A DNA stretch of 64,000 bases, from positions 930,001 through 994,000 of the forward strand of contig LSRY02000032.1 in the NCBI GenBank assembly GCA_001643675.2, read 5' to 3'. A program made the translations under genes and the position numbers. Origin of the DNA: Monocercomonoides exilis PA203. Taxonomy: Eukaryota > Protista > Preaxostyla. Shown in pieces: positions 63,007-64,000 of this stretch. Under the pieces are notes generated by a model, which made no database searches, was not told the DNA's origin, and worked only from the letters and a program-made list of their open reading frames with translations. Positions within the stretch are counted from its first letter, which is position 1; each line of letters opens with the position of its first letter.

Positions 63007-63833
63007 TTATAAGAGAGAGAGAAGCATCTCTGCCAAAGAAACTTTTCGAGATCTGAGTTCAACAGAAACATCAACTCCAGAACTTTGCAAAGCAAACTCT
63101 GCTTGTCCAACAATAGGAGTGCCATCAACAAACAAGCCGCTCAAACGAGTTTGTATCTTTTCTGTGTTGTCTCCGATCTCATCCATCGTATCAGAGGCCA
63201 GTGACAAAGTGGTTGTCAGCAGTTCCAGTGCAGCTGCAACTGTGCGTGCACGAGGAAGTCTAAGTTTGCGTCTCTTTGAGCTGTTCTTGTTTGCTTCCCA
63301 TTCCGTGTTCCATGTGTGACCCCAGCCAGCACCTTTCACAAAATCGGACAATGAAAAATGAAGCGAGCGTAACTGGTAAGAGTCTTTCACTCCATCTTCA
63401 TAAGGCTTGCCAGTTGGATCAAGCTCGTGCGAAATAAATCGCATTGTTGTTGAAAGAGTTCCTGTTAACGAAATGAGAGTTCAAATTCAAACAGAAAAAA
63501 TTTCAGCCGAGAATAATAAAACGAAAATTATGAACATATATTAAACAAGAAATGCTCTCTCAAAGCAGAATAATCAATCGCAATTTGCATTTTCTCAAGC
63601 ATCAAAAACAAAATAACGCAAAGACGTCATAAGTTTCATTTAAGCACACCAATTGGTATTTCATCAGAGCTGCGAGTGAAAGTGACGAATGTTGGTAAAG
63701 TCTGTTCAGGATCAAGATGACGAATAGCAACAGACTGAGATGGCTGAAGAAGCGAAGGAATGCAATCGGATGATGTGACGTCCATTTGAACAGTCCTTAA
63801 TTGAAGCTCTTTCACAGTGTTTGTTACTTCGTA
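63007..63833 (-). CDS. COPG: Coatomer gamma subunit, C-terminal appendage (partial; last two exons 63833-63650 and 63461-63007, gene continues beyond the window)
   Basis: Spliced YEVTNTVKELQLRTVQMDV...TMRFISHELDPTGKPYEDGVKDSYQLRSLHFSLSDFV...W matches the gamma-COP appendage pattern (TNT, MKF...DP.TG...EG.ED.Y.LE.L...DH). Phase-1 intron 63649-63462. Confidence 0.8.
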
Positions 63834-64000
63834 CTACAATAAAAATAGCATTGCATTCAACAAATCAACAATGAATCAAAAATTTATAAATTAAATTGAA
63901 AGTTTTGAAATTAATAATAATTATTATGATTATGATTATTATAAAATATATTCAAACGTTAATACACAAAAGTTCGATGGAACAAACATAAGATAAAACA

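Noticed and set aside
1-64000. Alternative genetic code (TAA/TAG = Gln, known in some oxymonads)
   Set aside because: RPLP0 ends at TAA right after its conserved tail, IFT70 ends at TAG, and multi-kb Gln-rich ORFs contain no in-frame TAR.

Overview
AT-rich eukaryotic (protist) genomic DNA with short GT-AG introns (about 50-190 nt), the standard genetic code and poly-Ser/Glu-Lys expansions in many proteins. Gene families and style strongly resemble the oxymonad Monocercomonoides (inference). Genes in order: an SLC45/SUC-like MFS transporter, a hypothetical protein, a kinase-less GGA-repeat surface protein, a giant (~4235 aa) IRE/Rim15/Greatwall-type AGC kinase, IFT70/TTC30, a surface-protein pseudogene fragment, an LRR-PP2C phosphatase, a five-exon TFIIF-beta-like gene absent from the ORF track, a class-2 DYRK kinase, RPLP0, a multi-pass membrane protein, a 2934-aa receptor-like pseudokinase, and the 3' end of gamma-COP. 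The most unusual structure is the gene-free 31.0-35.2 kb interval, a dense cluster of at least five non-autonomous terminal-inverted-repeat elements, three of them nested inside one another.
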